Shown: positions 13,041 to 25,817 of the stretch, piece by piece
Position numbering within the stretch: position 1 is the first letter of the stretch
How the letters are laid out: each line of letters begins with the position of its first letter
From: Squalus acanthias
Taxonomy: Eukaryota
Direction of reading: 5' to 3'
Assembly: GCA_030390025.1 (NCBI GenBank)
Contig: JASTWF010000036.1
Coordinates: 2,978,001-3,042,000, forward strand
Length of the DNA stretch: 64,000 bases
The notes under the pieces: model-generated
The model's input: the letters and a program-made list of their open reading frames with translations, nothing else
Told to the model about the DNA's origin: nothing
Databases searched by the model: none
Translations under genes and position numbers: made by a program

Positions 13041-13251
13041 ACTCTGCCTAGTTTGTTTGCTGAGTGTCATGCATTAAAGTGGTTGGTTTAAAGTGCATGT
13101 TTATCAGATGCATGTGGCAATCGGCTGTGAAAAGAAGCAAAGGAGTACAGTTTGGGTTACTGCTGCAATTCTTTCAGTGTGAAGTTTATATTTTTATGCA
13201 GCTGTACATCTTTCTCACACCACACTCTCAGGGGCAGACAATGATGCAATG

Positions 13252-13868
13252 CAGAGGAATTTTAACCCTCAAGGAGGCGGGTGGGGGGTTAAATTTTTTT
13301 TTGAAATGGCTAACTCGACCCCAACCTGCCTCCAATGCACCCACTTCCGATTTTAACGGAGGTGGGTTGAGGGGTAGGTGACTAACCTGCTCTCCAGAGG
13401 TGGGTCCCTTATTTAAATATTTTAATGAGGCTGCTTGCCTCAAATTTAACCTCTTTTCACATTTAACTCCTGGGGGCCGGGTTTTCCAGGCCTCGGGAAA
13501 CCCGGCAGCTGAAGGGAGGCAAGAACGGCTAGATGGAACAGGTAAGTGCCTTTCCAGTGCTGCTTGTGGGCCAAGAGGAGCAGGAGTGCTTCCCCCCACC
13601 CCGATCCCCCAAGCTACTGTTAACCTCCCCGTGATGGGATCCCTGCTGCGATTGGACCCCCGATATCTGACTCACCTCCTTCCGATATCCGACTCCAACT
13701 TCCCCTCCACCTCCCAATCTGGCTGGCTGCGGCTAGGAAACCCATTCAAAAATTTTTCATCCGGTCCTGTTGTTAAATTCGACAGGATCTCCGGGAAACC
13801 CGTACGTCTGGGTTTCCCGGCCACTAAATCTTCCCCCCACCCCTCCCCCGTTCCCTACCCACCTCGCA
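13252..13868. mobile_element. MITE-like TIR element (degraded)
   Basis: Begins GGAATTTTAACCC, is GC-rich, and has internal palindromes such as CCGGGAAACCC..GGGTTTCCCGG at 13791-13820. Confidence 0.55.
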
Positions 13869-14967
13869 ATTATTACGGGACCAATGAATCTGTTCGGATA
13901 ATCACATTACAGGATCTTTGATTTTTTTTTCTTTTTGCTAATGAGTTATGTTTAAGCGTTGTGCTTTAAAACAAAATTAATTTGCATAGGTTTAAAAAGC
14001 CACGGGTTGCAAACATTGAGGCAAAGGCGGTAATTCTCATTCGATAGAATTGACATCACAGTAGCAGGCCATTCGGCCCACCTGGTCTATGCTGGTGTTT
14101 GTGCTCCCACCCCTACTTCATCTCACCCTATCAACATATCCTTCTATTCCTTTCTCCCTCGTGTTTATCTAGCTTCCCCTTCAATGCATCTATGCTATTC
14201 ATCTCAACTACTCCTTGTGGTAGCGAGATCCACATTCTCGCCACTCTCCTCCATGATCCCATCTGGACCGCCACTGGCCAGTCCCTCTCTGCTAGCTGCA
14301 TGCAAATAGTGGCACAGGGGTAGGGCCTGGGCAGATTTCCCTCCTGTCTCCCCCAGTTACCGCCGCTTCCAAAGGCCACCATGTGGAAGGCTCTGGGAAG
14401 TGGTGGTAAAGGCCCAGAGTTCCCCCAATGGAGGGCAAGGATCTTGCAGCAGCCTTCTCTCACTCTAGTCAGCCCCAGACACTTACAGGCTGAACACTCT
14501 GGTCTCAGCTAAGGCCTTAAGTGGGAGGCTTCCTTTGGATCTTCAGGGCACTTCTACCCATTTATGGTCCTTTGCCACCTCTTCTGCTGCTGCAGCGGTA
14601 CCCTTACTGCAGAACCACGAGGAAGCTCTGCTTTTGTACTGGTTGACTCCCTCTTGATGACAGAAATCCCATTAGGAACCTCCCGTGTATATGTAGCGAG
14701 CCCCAACCCAGGAAAATGGGTCAGATATGGAGCGACAGGTGGAAGTCTTGCCCTGCCAGAGCTCCACCTGAACAGGAGAACCCCCCCTCCCCCAAGGCTT
14801 TATCTCTTAATGGGTCAGACATTGAAGATGTGTTTTATAGCTACACGAGCCAATTTGTGGAATGTCGTGGCTCACTGTCTACTTTAGACTGAGACAATAG
14901 TGTAGAAATTTGACTGTGCCACGCCCATTTTACAGGCACAAAATGGGCATCTATGGATCCAATATGC

Positions 14968-15142
14968 TGTGATCTAATTGAATGGCTGAGCAGGCTCGAG
15001 GGGCTGAATAGGCTCGAGGGGCTGAATGGCCTACTCCTGTTCCTATGTCCCATGTTCCTATATTCTAAAGATCCCATGTTCCTATGTCCTCATGTTCCTC
15101 TGTCCTGCATCCCATGTTCCTATGTTCTAAGGTCCTATGTTC
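14968..15142 (+). repeat. CR1 3' terminus with an 18-bp duplication and expanded (TCCTATGT)-like tail
   Basis: GGCTCGAGGGGCTGAAT occurs twice, followed by CCTACTCCTG and degenerate octamer repeats. Confidence 0.75.
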
Positions 15143-16214
15143 CAATGCTGCATCCCAACACCTGTACTGACTTCTGTGGCCACCACTTTTGTTCATCCCA
15201 CAGTACCTGACAACTGGAGATGGGCTGCGAGCCGCAAGTAGACACTGCCATTGACCGCACTCTACTGCTTATCTCACCTCCAGGCCCAACCGGACTGCTG
15301 CTGGAAGAACCCGTGGTATTGCAGTTGACGCGACAACCAGCTGAGGTTACAATCTCCTGAGGTTACAAGCCTGAAGTCAACAAAGTGGAGGGGTTTGAAA
15401 ATAGAACAGTTACCATACAGAAAAAACGAAAGCGAGATGCATGTTCTAAACCAAACTTTTGAACAGGTGGCAACTGTGGATTTGACATAAAATGTGCATC
15501 ATTTGAAAACTGGGAAGTACATTTACTATTCAAAGCGTTGGCCTATTTTATTTCACATTGTCTGTTAAATTAGCCCACTTGAGAATGCAGCAAAGATAAT
15601 CTGTGGAGACAGATCCCCTCATGCGTGTGTGAGATACTCATTTTTTTATTAGTTTTTTCCCATTTGTGTTCCTGACCAGAGGATGGGCAGGTGACTTGTT
15701 ACGAGATCTAATTCTGTCTCTGAATGGGCTGCAACAAGGTATTACATGACTACTGCATGCCACTGGACGTGCTGGCCTGGAATTTTGGGCACAATCGGGA
15801 AATTGCACCTGACATTGCGCCCGTCTGCCCGAGGTGAAATACTGTCCAAATGTCCACGCAAACTACTTAACAGAAGCCCGAGCGTAAAATCTCCCATGAT
15901 ATAAGTGTAATCGGTTCACGACTGCAACAGGCCCAATGGAGCCTCAAGGTGCTAAAATGGGGTAGTATTAAAGGTAAGGGGGGAAAAAATCCCCTTTAGA
16001 GGCTGGAGCCCACAAGGTAAGCAGCGCTTAACTTTCTGTCCTGCAAATTTTTACAGTAATTAATTTAAATCGCTCTGCAGAGTCTGAAGTTTTTTTAAAT
16101 TTTCCCTCCCTGCAGAGGAAGAGAGAGAAAATGAGCCATCCTTGAAGTTTTAAAAAAATGTATGATTTCTGCAGCAGCAGGGCAGTCTTGGTGCTGGAAG
16201 CAGGACTGGAGGGA

Positions 16215-16881
16215 GTAATTAGGAAGGCAAATGGAATGTTGGCCTTTATTGCAAGGGGGATGGAGTATAAAAGTAGGGAAGTCTTGCTACAACTGTACAG
16301 GGCGCTGGTGAGACCACATCTGGAGTACTGCGTACAGTTTTGGTCTCCTTATTTAAGGAGGGATATACTTGCATTGGAGGCAGTTCAGAGAAGGTTCACG
16401 AGGTTGATTCCTGAGTTGAAAGGGTTGTCTTATGAAGAAAGGTTGAGCAGGTTGGGCCTATACTCATTGGAGTTTAGAAGAATGAGAGTTGATCTTATTG
16501 AAACATATAAGATTCTGAAGGGGACTGACAGGGTGGATGCAGGGAGGATGTTTCCCCTCATGGGGGAATCTAGAACTAGGGGGCATAGTTTCAGAATAAG
16601 GAGTCGCCCATTTAAAACGGAGAGGAGGAGGAATTTTTTCTCTCAGAGGGTCGTGAATCTTTCGAATTCTCTACCCCAGAGAGCTGTGGAGGTGGAGTCA
16701 TTGAATATATTCAAGGCGGAGATAGACAGATTTTTGAAACGATAAGGGAGTCAAGGGTTATGGGGAGCGGGCGGGAAAGTGGAGTTGAGGCCACGATCAG
16801 ATCAGCCATGATCTTATTGAATGGCGGAGCAGGCTCGAGGGGCCAAATGGCCGACTCCTGCTCCTATTTCTTATGTTCTTA
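16215..16881 (+). mobile_element. CR1 LINE 3' fragment (different subfamily)
   Basis: KANGMLAFIARG..LVRPHLEYCVQFWSP ORF with a TTCTTATGTTCTTA tail. Confidence 0.92.
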
Positions 16882-16889
16882 CGAGTTTC

Positions 16890-17360
16890 ACAGGAAGTTT
16901 TGGGAGAGGTGAACACAGATGCAAGAGGTGATAACATTGTTGAAAGACTTTAGAAAAGAGATTTGGGATGGGGCGGTAATTGGAGAGCAAGGATGGATCA
17001 AATGGTAGATTCTTGAGGGGGATGATGATGGCTATTTTGAAAGGGAAACGGTCAGTGCCTGAACAAAGCCATTTATAATGTCAGTATGCATGCAAGGCAA
17101 GAGGGTCCAGAGTTCAGTGGGGAAGGGATCAAGGGAGCAGGACGTGGGTCTCATGATAAAGGTGAGCTTTGAGGGCAGGGAAGAAGATGGGACAGAAACT
17201 GCAGAACGATGGGGCATCGGGGTAGTGTGGGGGGCAGGGCAGGAGTACAGGGGGTGAGAAGGGGGCAGTATCACCAGAGACAGCTGCACTGTGGTCTCAA
17301 TCCTAAGAGATCAGGAAATTCATGAGCTCTTCGCACTTCGTACTGGAGATGAGGGGGGAA
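16890..17360 (-). mobile_element. Old L2 RT fragment
   Basis: Minus strand encodes MRPTSCSLDPFPT and an NYRP-like AATTACCGCCCC motif. Confidence 0.7.
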
Positions 17361-18280
17361 AGAGATGGGGGACTAGAACCTAATTAAGTACATGATGAGG
17401 TTATGTTTGCAAAATTGAATTTAGTCCATTCAAGCAAGTATGATGTCCTTTAAAAGAGCACTGTCATGAGGAATTTCTGGTAGAATGAAGAGAAACTTGT
17501 ACCTTTAGACACAGGCTGGAGGGAGATGCAGAATTGTTAGTTAAAATGAAGTCCAGCATAATCATTATAAGCAGCAATAGGTTGGGGGGAAGTTAACATA
17601 TCTGATGGTCACGTATCAGTTTTCCACCTCAGATATATCAACGTTTAACACATAGGTTTGAGCACTTTTTCTATGGTTGCCTCCCCATAATGTGGGCATA
17701 AAGCCACAGTGGTGTATTGTACTGTTCATCGATTTAGTCAAAACACGTTGCTTGAGCCTGATGTTATTACAATTGGAACTTTTATGCCATTCTTTATTAT
17801 GGAAAGTGACACAAGTTTAAAATAATCTTCTGATTCAAATGAAAGTGCCAGTGAAACTGACTGGGATTCATCCCCAGCTGCAAAGAGACAGTATCCTCTG
17901 TACTTGTCCTCAATTTTTGCCACTTTGCCCCACAAATGCCCGCAGTTTTTACCACATCAAATCACTTGCCTTAATATACTGGCCATTGACCCAAGACGTG
18001 AAACAAGTCACTCAATTCCTTCATATAATATGGGGAAAGACACCCGACATTCCCCAGGAGAAAATGCCTTTTGCCCGTGGTAAGCAAGTGTTGAGGTCAT
18101 GGCAACCTCAGGGGTGAAAATAAATGAAATACTAGGTTGGCAAATATTAGACACCAAGTCCTCCCAAAAGACAAGACAGAATGTTTTATTTTTTTATTTT
18201 TGTTTCACAAAAGTATAACAGCAATAAAATCTATCATCAGGTAGTGTACACAGCTGCCACATTAATAACTCCAAAAGATA

Positions 18281-18740
18281 GACTTACATTTCTATAGCGC
18301 CTTTCACGACCACCGGACGTCTCAAAGCGCTTTACAGCCAATGAAGTACTTTTGGAGTGTAGTCACTGTTGTAATGTGGGAAACGCAGCAGCCAATTTGC
18401 ACTCAGCAAGCTCCCACAAACAGCAATGTGATAATGACCAGATAATCTGTTTTAGTGATGTTGATTGAGGGATAAATATTGCCCAGGACACCGGGGATAA
18501 CTCACCTGCTCTTCTTCAAAATAGCACCATGGGATCTTTTACGTCCACCTGAGGGGGCAGACGGGGCCTCGGTTTAATGTCTCATCCGACAGACAGCACC
18601 TCCGACAATGCAGCACTCCCTCAGTACTGCACTGGAGTGTCAGCCGAGCTTTATGTGCTCAAGTCTCTGGAGTGGGACTTGAACCCACAACCTTCTGACT
18701 CAGAGGCGAGTGTGCTACCCACTGAGCCACTGGCTGACAC
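18281..18740 (-). mobile_element. Full-length SacSINE1/DeuSINE-type SINE
   Basis: tRNA-like head GTCAGCC..GGCTCAGTGGGTAGCAC..GGTTCAAGTCCC, central Deu-type body and L2-like tail GGCGCTATAGAAATG. Confidence 0.9.
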
Positions 18741-19051
18741 TCCAATGCATGCTATTTATATTTTCCTCCCATTTTATATCATTAGAATCCCCTGTTGCCA
18801 TTCTGCATACACTACAGGACTTGAGGCTTAATTTAGATCAGTTTATATTTTTACCAAATTAGATCAATTCAGACTTTGAATACACCAGTGCCCATTTCAA
18901 GTAAGTACAGTGCATACACCTAAACTGATTGTACCAAGATTTAGCCAATTCAGTCAGCCCTACGGCAGTGTGTGGGACTCCTCCAAAGATATGCGCAGTT
19001 AACTGTAATAAGCACATTTCTGATCCAGGCATAATTCTGAACCAAGCATGG

Positions 19052-19350
19052 AATGCCAATGGGACAAACAACTTCGTATTCACACCTATTTCATAGAATA
19101 TGTCAAACTAACTCCCACCGTAGAGAGTTCCAATGGACCAAACCTTCCCCAATTTACACCCACCGTGCAAAAATTCCAATGGATCGAAACTCATCCGACT
19201 CATACCTCTCATATGGAACTGCAATGATCCAAACTACATTTGATTACCTTCCTCTGTATAGAATTCCAATGGATCAAAATCGCATTGCATTGACCCCTGG
19301 TGTATACCAATACCATGCACCAAACCACTTTCCATTTACTCCCATTGCAC
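19052..19350. repeat. Degenerate tandem array, period about 45 bp
   Basis: Motif TTCCAATGGAYCAAAC recurs at 19054, 19128, 19174, 19219, 19264 and 19311. Confidence 0.7.
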
Positions 19351-21787
19351 AAAATTAGGCCATCTTGGCAGCCCTCTTGCCAATTCGGCACTGGTATCTA
19401 GGCTGGCACTCTATTTGCATCACTGAGGGGGTGCTGCATTGTCAGAGGAGTCTTCCTTCAGATGAGACATTAAACCGAGGTCCCTTCTGCCTGTTCCAGT
19501 GGATGTTAAAGATCCCATGACCCTATTCAAAGAGGAGCACAGAGGTCCTCCAGCCAACACTCTTCCCTGAACCAGCACCATCAAAAGCAGTTAACTGGTC
19601 AATCACCTCATTGCAGTTTGTTGGACATTGCTGGCAAGAATGGCTGCCGTTTGCCTATATAACAAGTCACTGCACCACAAAAAGCAATTTGAGGTGTTCT
19701 GATGTAAAAGGTGCCATATTATTATTTAATTATTAATTTCACGGAGCCAAATTATATAAAATTCCTGATTCAAGCCCATCAGTTAAATACAACAAACCTC
19801 TCTCCCAATTATCCAGCCTCTACCGTTCAGCAGAAACATAATCAATCGACTGCCAACTTTCACTGAAACAGGAACATACATCACCTTTTTTTTTTTAAAC
19901 ACTTTGTTTTTTCTTCAGGCTGAACGAAAGATGTACTGTAACCAGGATCTGCCCATTTGCTATTTTAAGACTGGTTGATCGATAACCTGATTCAACAATA
20001 ACATTCCTTGGCAGTCCAGTTATGAACTTGGCAACATTCAACTACGTTTTACATGCAGAGTGTATTAGGCTTCGTCAGTCTGCAGTCTTGGCATTTACTT
20101 AGCATAGTCAATAGTTATTATCTCCTAATTTCCCTTGTAATGGATTTTATTGCTTGCATATATATTAGCTATGTACATTTTCATGTTGTCTTGCTTAACA
20201 CGAGGATAACAACGTTGGAGAATGGGAATTTTCTTTCCCATCCAAGAGTACCAACAAGTACTCAGAAATATCAAGTCAGTGGCAATTGCTAGGCTCCCAT
20301 TATCTATCAAACATGTCCATTACATTTAGCCCTGTATAAATCATTCAGAATGTGCCAGGTGCGGGAAATCGGTGCACCTACTAATGATCAGAACATAACA
20401 AAGCACGAAGCGAGAAAAGATCACGCTTTCACAGACCGTGTGGAATCTACTCTATCAGGGCTTCAACCCCACTTATTTAATCACAACAGAAAATCCTTCT
20501 TTCTCCCTAAATCATAAAGTTAGTTGAGCAAACTCCCCGGTATCTGTCTACCCTCGCATCTCCATTATTCAAACCGAGCCACCTGCTTTGCATAGATGAC
20601 TTTTCTATGGTCCCAGCAGCAGAGGAACCATGGTATATTTGATCATGTTTGGCCATTATCGCTATAACCTTTGGTCCTGTTGCTGAGCAGACATCCAGAC
20701 AGTTTTTTTATGAATGAATTTAAAAGCATTAACTGCTCTCAATGGGAGTTTATCGCACGTATCCACTATTTGTGCTTTTCCTTGTATGGGGAGCTCCTGC
20801 TAGTTTCAGCAAAGCAAGAACAATTAATAGATCGATCACTGGAAGTAACAAAGTGTTACTCTTGTCAACTTGTAAACATGTTTAGTAAAGCACTGCAGCA
20901 GTCCTAGCACAGCGAGTTTGAAGATACTCTCATAGGCCTGAGAGTCAACACTGACTTCAAACATTCAACATCACCTCATTGAGAAAATTATTGGAATGAT
21001 ACACAAAGCTGTTTCACTCTGTATCGAGAATACATTCATTCAACTTCCTCCCACAAGTTAGAATTGCTCAACAATCACCTCACAATTCTGAAGTGCAGGT
21101 CAAGAAGGCAGTCTTTCTATAATACCACCATAAAATATTTTAAACGCTGAGGTGTTCACTCTATTTTCTTTTTAAAAAATAAGTTAGAGTTTTCAGTACT
21201 TGAGACAATCTGGAAAGGAGTTGACAGTGAAGAGCAATGGACATCAGTTGGTTATAAACAAAATATGAGCATTATTTCTGACCATTTCAAATCCTTCTTG
21301 ACCCAATCACCCTATGACTATAACTTCCGCTTTCGATCCTGCAGCACCATTTTCCAGGTAAATAGGGCCAAGTGGGTGACTTGGTTGCAGGTCTTTGTCA
21401 ACGCCACTCTAACTGGCTGCTTGGCAGGTAAGGTTTAGTAATGGTGACTGGCCTTCCAGTTCTTCATGCCTCCGATGGGACAAAACTCCTTGCCTCCTCC
21501 AAGTGTCTATCCCAATGTCTGATTACAATGTGCAGAATCACAAAGCTACACCTTACCACTCCAATCCACAGTAGGAACTTCTACATTCTTAGGACCAACT
21601 GAAATTTTAAAGCAGTAATATTCACATCTGGAGTTAGCTACTAACAGCTATAGTTTGTGAATGGGGAAAAAAAAAGGTCACCATCTCTGGTCCAGGAAAG
21701 GATGCAATCAATCAAGCTTACCCACAAAAAACACTTTGGATCTTTCCAGATCAATTAGGAGCAACCACAGTGCATTCAAAAAATGTG

Positions 21788-21928
21788 CAGGTAGAACTTC
21801 CGCAGGGGTCTCCTGATCAGTGGAAACCCCCAAGAAATGGTGTAAATGGACATTTTTCCAGGGTTTCTGCCGAACTTTCACCAAAATTACAGTGGGAGAT
21901 CAGGAGAGCCCCGTGGAAATTCTACCCC
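21788..21928. mobile_element. Short palindromic MITE
   Basis: GTAGAACTTCCGCAGGGGTCTCCTGATC is an inverted match to GATCAGGAGAGCCCCGTGGAAATTCTAC. Confidence 0.8.
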
Positions 21929-22836
21929 ATAATACACACCGGTAAAATTGACAACTTGTTCATATCTGGTAAAGGATGGCTTTTGTATGTCTTGGTTGAC
22001 TCGTGTATTCAATCAGGTGAAAGCCACCATCAGAGATAAGCCAGTATCTGAGAGCAGGATAAACTGTGTTGGAAGAGCTGCTCTGCATCTCTCTAGAATC
22101 TCAGACAAGTCCAATAATCATCAACAGCAAGTCACATACATCTCAAATACACGTAGTGTTACAACTCTTGTACAAATGACATACACAATGAACCTATCTG
22201 TGTACCAATGCCAGTTCTTACAGGGTGTGTACTGGCTTCATCTGACATCCAAACAATGACACCTTCCAGCAGGGGCCGATGAGTAACGAGCAGGCAAAGG
22301 AACCATGGCTGATATTTCTCTTGTCTAGCCCATGGGCACTAAAGCAAATTGTAGTGCCCTCCCCACCAGGGACCAAACCTGGGACCTGCCTGGTCCATAT
22401 AGCTCAGTACCACATCAGCAGTTCATTTACCCAGTGAGTCATCAGGCTAGGCTAAACAGGTCTGGTATTATGGGAGGTGTATAATAATAGTTTGTTTTAA
22501 TGGAAGGTTTTTAATGACCAAATTTATTACAATGAGATTTGACCATATTCACAGAAAGCCATTTGTTTTCTTTTCAGTCTCATGGTTTATAATTATTTGT
22601 GAACCTCATATTTCCCTTTTGGCTCACCTACTACTGCCTCTTACCAGCACACTGCATCCTACAGCTAAAATCCAGGGGTGGAGATCAGAGATTTTCACCA
22701 CATACAGAGCCACCTTCAATACTCCTCTGTGACTAGTCAATAGAATTGTCTCTCTACAGAATGCGACTGGTACTGCTTGTTCTTTCCTTCCTTTGTACCA
22801 AGAGGGAGTGGTCCACTACAGCATTGTTCAACTGGG

Positions 22837-23979
22837 GTGTCAGCCGTGGCTCAGTGGGTAGCACTCTCGCTCCCACTCCAGAGGCGTGAGCGCATAATCC
22901 ATGGCAGACACCCCAGTGCAGTGCTGAGGGAGTGCTGCACTGCCATCTTTTGGATGAGACGTTAAACCAAGACACCGTCTGCCCTCTCAGTTGGATGTAA
23001 AAGATCCCATGGCCACTATTTAGAGTGGGGGAGTTCTGGCCAATATTTATCCCTCAACCAACGTCACTAAAAAACAGATTGACCCAAAAATTAGTGTTGC
23101 TACGCGAGAGTATGCACTGTGTACTCTCGCGTATTCTGTCTCCAATTGCCGGTTTTCTGCATGCGCTGAAAACCGGCACTTGGTGATTTCAAAAGGGGGC
23201 GGTTCCTAGGTGAACCGCGTGCGCGCTACAGGCTGTGCGCACGCAGTGCACTTAGTGCTTTGAACGCGCAGGTAAGTATGGAAGATTTTGCACATAAAGA
23301 AAGGAGGCGTAAGACCCTCTTTTAACAAGGTAAGTAGTTAATTAAGTATTATTTTGAATTTTTTTCAACAGGTATATCTTTTTTAGAGACTTTAAAGAAA
23401 GGTAAGTTTATTTTTATAACTTTTTAAAAGATTTTAAATTTTTTCAAAAATTTAATTTTTTGTTTAAAATGGTTAATTTATTTAACTATACTTATTTTAT
23501 TAATGTGATGGTTTTTTTTTAAAATTTAATTGAGGTTTAGCTGTTCTTTTGGGGGTGTATAGATTCATAGCTTTCACAGCACTTGTTGTGAAAGCTATGA
23601 ATGAAAGATGGTGTGCTGCCATTGGCTCTAACTGAGTCACGTGATCCCACAGCTCGCACGAATTAACTGCGCCTGTGGGATACAGAAGCCCTGCACAGCT
23701 GCTGTCCAGAACATCAAGTTCGTGCGAGCTGGGAATGAAAAAGCCAGCGCGCAGTGAGAGATCGCGGGGAAGCCTTACCCTCGCACGAAGGCTCCCTCAC
23801 TAATTTTTGGGCCATTATCTGATCATTATCATATTGCTGTTTGTGGGAGCTTGCTGTACGCAAATTGGCTGCTGCATTTCCTACATTATAACAGTGCTAC
23901 ACCTCAAAAATACTTAATTGGCTGTAAAGCGCATTGGGATGTCCTGAGGTCATATAAATGCAAGTTCTTTCTTTCTTTC
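22837..23979 (+). mobile_element. SacSINE1/DeuSINE-type SINE split by a MITE
   Basis: Head at 22837. The body breaks at AAAACAGATT and resumes at ATTATCTGATCATT (23814). Confidence 0.88.
23081..23813. mobile_element. MITE with 16-bp TIR and 3-bp TSD (PIF/Harbinger-type)
   Basis: GACCCAAAAATTAGTG ... CACTAATTTTTGGGCC, with ATT duplicated at 23078-23080 and 23814-23816. Internal perfect 16-bp hairpin at 23563-23602. Confidence 0.88.
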
Positions 23980-24089
23980 CGCCCTATATTAAAGGGAATT
24001 TCCCTCTCCAGCTCTGCCCTTCCTCACTGTGTGACAACAATATGACAATATATTTTGAAAATTCATCCTTTTACAAAGCTTTTTCACAA

Positions 24090-24230
24090 TTACGTCATTT
24101 TCTTCATCCTGGGTGCAGGCCAACCTCTGGTCCAGTTGGATGGAATAACCAACCCTTCACTGTTAGGAGGCTTTTGAACACTTTGTATTCCTTCATGGCA
24201 AATTCTGGAAAAAAAAACATCGTGTGAGTC
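24090..24230 (-). CDS. AHR: Candidate terminal coding exon 11 of the AHR-family gene
   Basis: Long polypyrimidine tract and TAG acceptor on the minus strand. Phase 0, 46 codons then TAA (DSHDVFFSRICHEG...KKMT*), similar in size to the last coding exon of vertebrate AHR. No recognisable peptide homology. Confidence 0.45.
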   Translation of the reverse strand, partial: DSHDVFFSRICHEGIQSVQKPPNSEGLVIPSNWTRGWPAPRMKKMT

Positions 24231-24512
24231 CTAATACCAGGAGAGAAAAGAGAGAGAGAGAATGAGAAAGAACAAAGGGAAGAAAGAAAAGCAAAACTAA
24301 AAAAATAATATAAGTGAAATATATCAGGTGAAATGATGGATAACTTTGGATAAACTTCAAGGAAAATGTTGCTGTTGTTTATGAAAGTTAAAAAAAAGGG
24401 AAAGCAAGAGGAGAAATAAAAAAGAGATGAAGGACATGAAAGATTGGGTGGATCAATGGTAGATTATGTGATTGACCCTCCCCAATTCAAATTTTCCCAT
24501 TCCATCAATTTG

Positions 24513-24892
24513 CAGCTTGGCTCAGTAGTCCCACTGTGGCCTGAATCTAAAGGTTGTGGGTCCAAGCTCCACTCCAGAGAGTTCAGGACATAATCTAGGC
24601 TGACACTTCAGTGCAGTACTGAGGGAGTGCTGCATTGTCAGAGGTGCTGTCTTTCAGATGAGATGTTAAACTGAGATGTCGGCCTGTTCAGGTGGATGTA
24701 AAAGATCCCATGGCACTATTCAACCAACACCACCAAAAAATGATTATAATTGGTCATTTATCTCATTGCTGTCTGGGGGACCTTGCTGTATGCAGCTGCC
24801 ACATTTGCCTACAAAATAGCAGTCGATGCTTCAAAAGTAATTAATTGGGATGTCCTGAGGATGTGAAAAGTGCTCTATAAATGCAAGATTTT
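24513..24892 (+). mobile_element. SacSINE1/DeuSINE-type SINE
   Basis: Same head, body and tail as 18281-18740. Confidence 0.85.
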
Positions 24893-25817
24893 ATTAAAAT
24901 TCATCCTCAGGATGTAGGCATTACTGACAAGGCTGGCATTAATTGCCCACTCCTAGTTGCCTTGAAAAGGTGGTGGTGGGCCTCTTCTTGAACCACTGGT
25001 AGTGGTTTGATGTAACTGTGTGGTTTGCTAGTCCTTTTCAGAAGGCAGTTAAGAGTCAACCACGTTGGTGTGGGACTGGAGTCACATATAGGCCAGACGA
25101 GGCAAGAACAGCAAGTTTCCTTCCCTAAATAACATTAGTGAACCAGTTGGGTTTTTACGACAGTCTGACAGCTTTGTGGTCACTTTTGCTACTATTAGCA
25201 AAAATGAGAGCACACTGAATTGTAGGTAACCTTTTGACTTGGGTTGGAAATTGGTTGGGAGGTAGGAGACACAGAATGGGTTAAAGGGGATGTACTCTGA
25301 TTGGCAGGATGTGACAACTGGTGTTCCCTAGGGATCAGTTCTGGGGCCTCAACTTTTTACCATATTTATTAATGACTTGGATGAAGGAGTGAATGAAGTT
25401 GTATATCCAAGTTTGCAGATGACATTAAGCTAGGAGGGACAGCAAGTAGTGCAGATGGGAACAGGAGGTTACAAAGTGATAGAGACAGATTAAATGAGTG
25501 GGTAAAACTATGGCAAATGGAGTTCAATGTGGGCACGTGTGAGGTAAAAGAAAGATAAATCGGAATATTTTCTAAATGGTGAGAATCTAGGAACTGTGGA
25601 GGAGCAGAGAGATTTAGGGGTCCATTTACGGAAATCACTAAAAGCTAGTGGACAGGTGCAAAAAGTAATCAAAAACGCTAATGGAATGTTGGCCTTATCT
25701 CAAGGGGGCTGAAAGACAAAGGGGTGGAAGTTATACTTCAGTTGTACAGAGCTTTGGTCAGGCCCCATCTGGAGTACTGTGTTCAGTTCTGGGCACCGCA
25801 CTTCAGGAAGGATATAC

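Noticed and set aside
13400..13921. 173-aa ORF
   Set aside because: Lies inside a GC-rich MITE-like element and has no domain motifs.
19052..19350. CRISPR array
   Set aside because: The repeats are short and degenerate, the spacers are partly related to each other, the context is eukaryotic and there are no cas genes.
19860..21440. Plus-strand exons suggested by a strong acceptor near 19918 and a donor near 21428
   Set aside because: No recognisable coding frame or homology links them.
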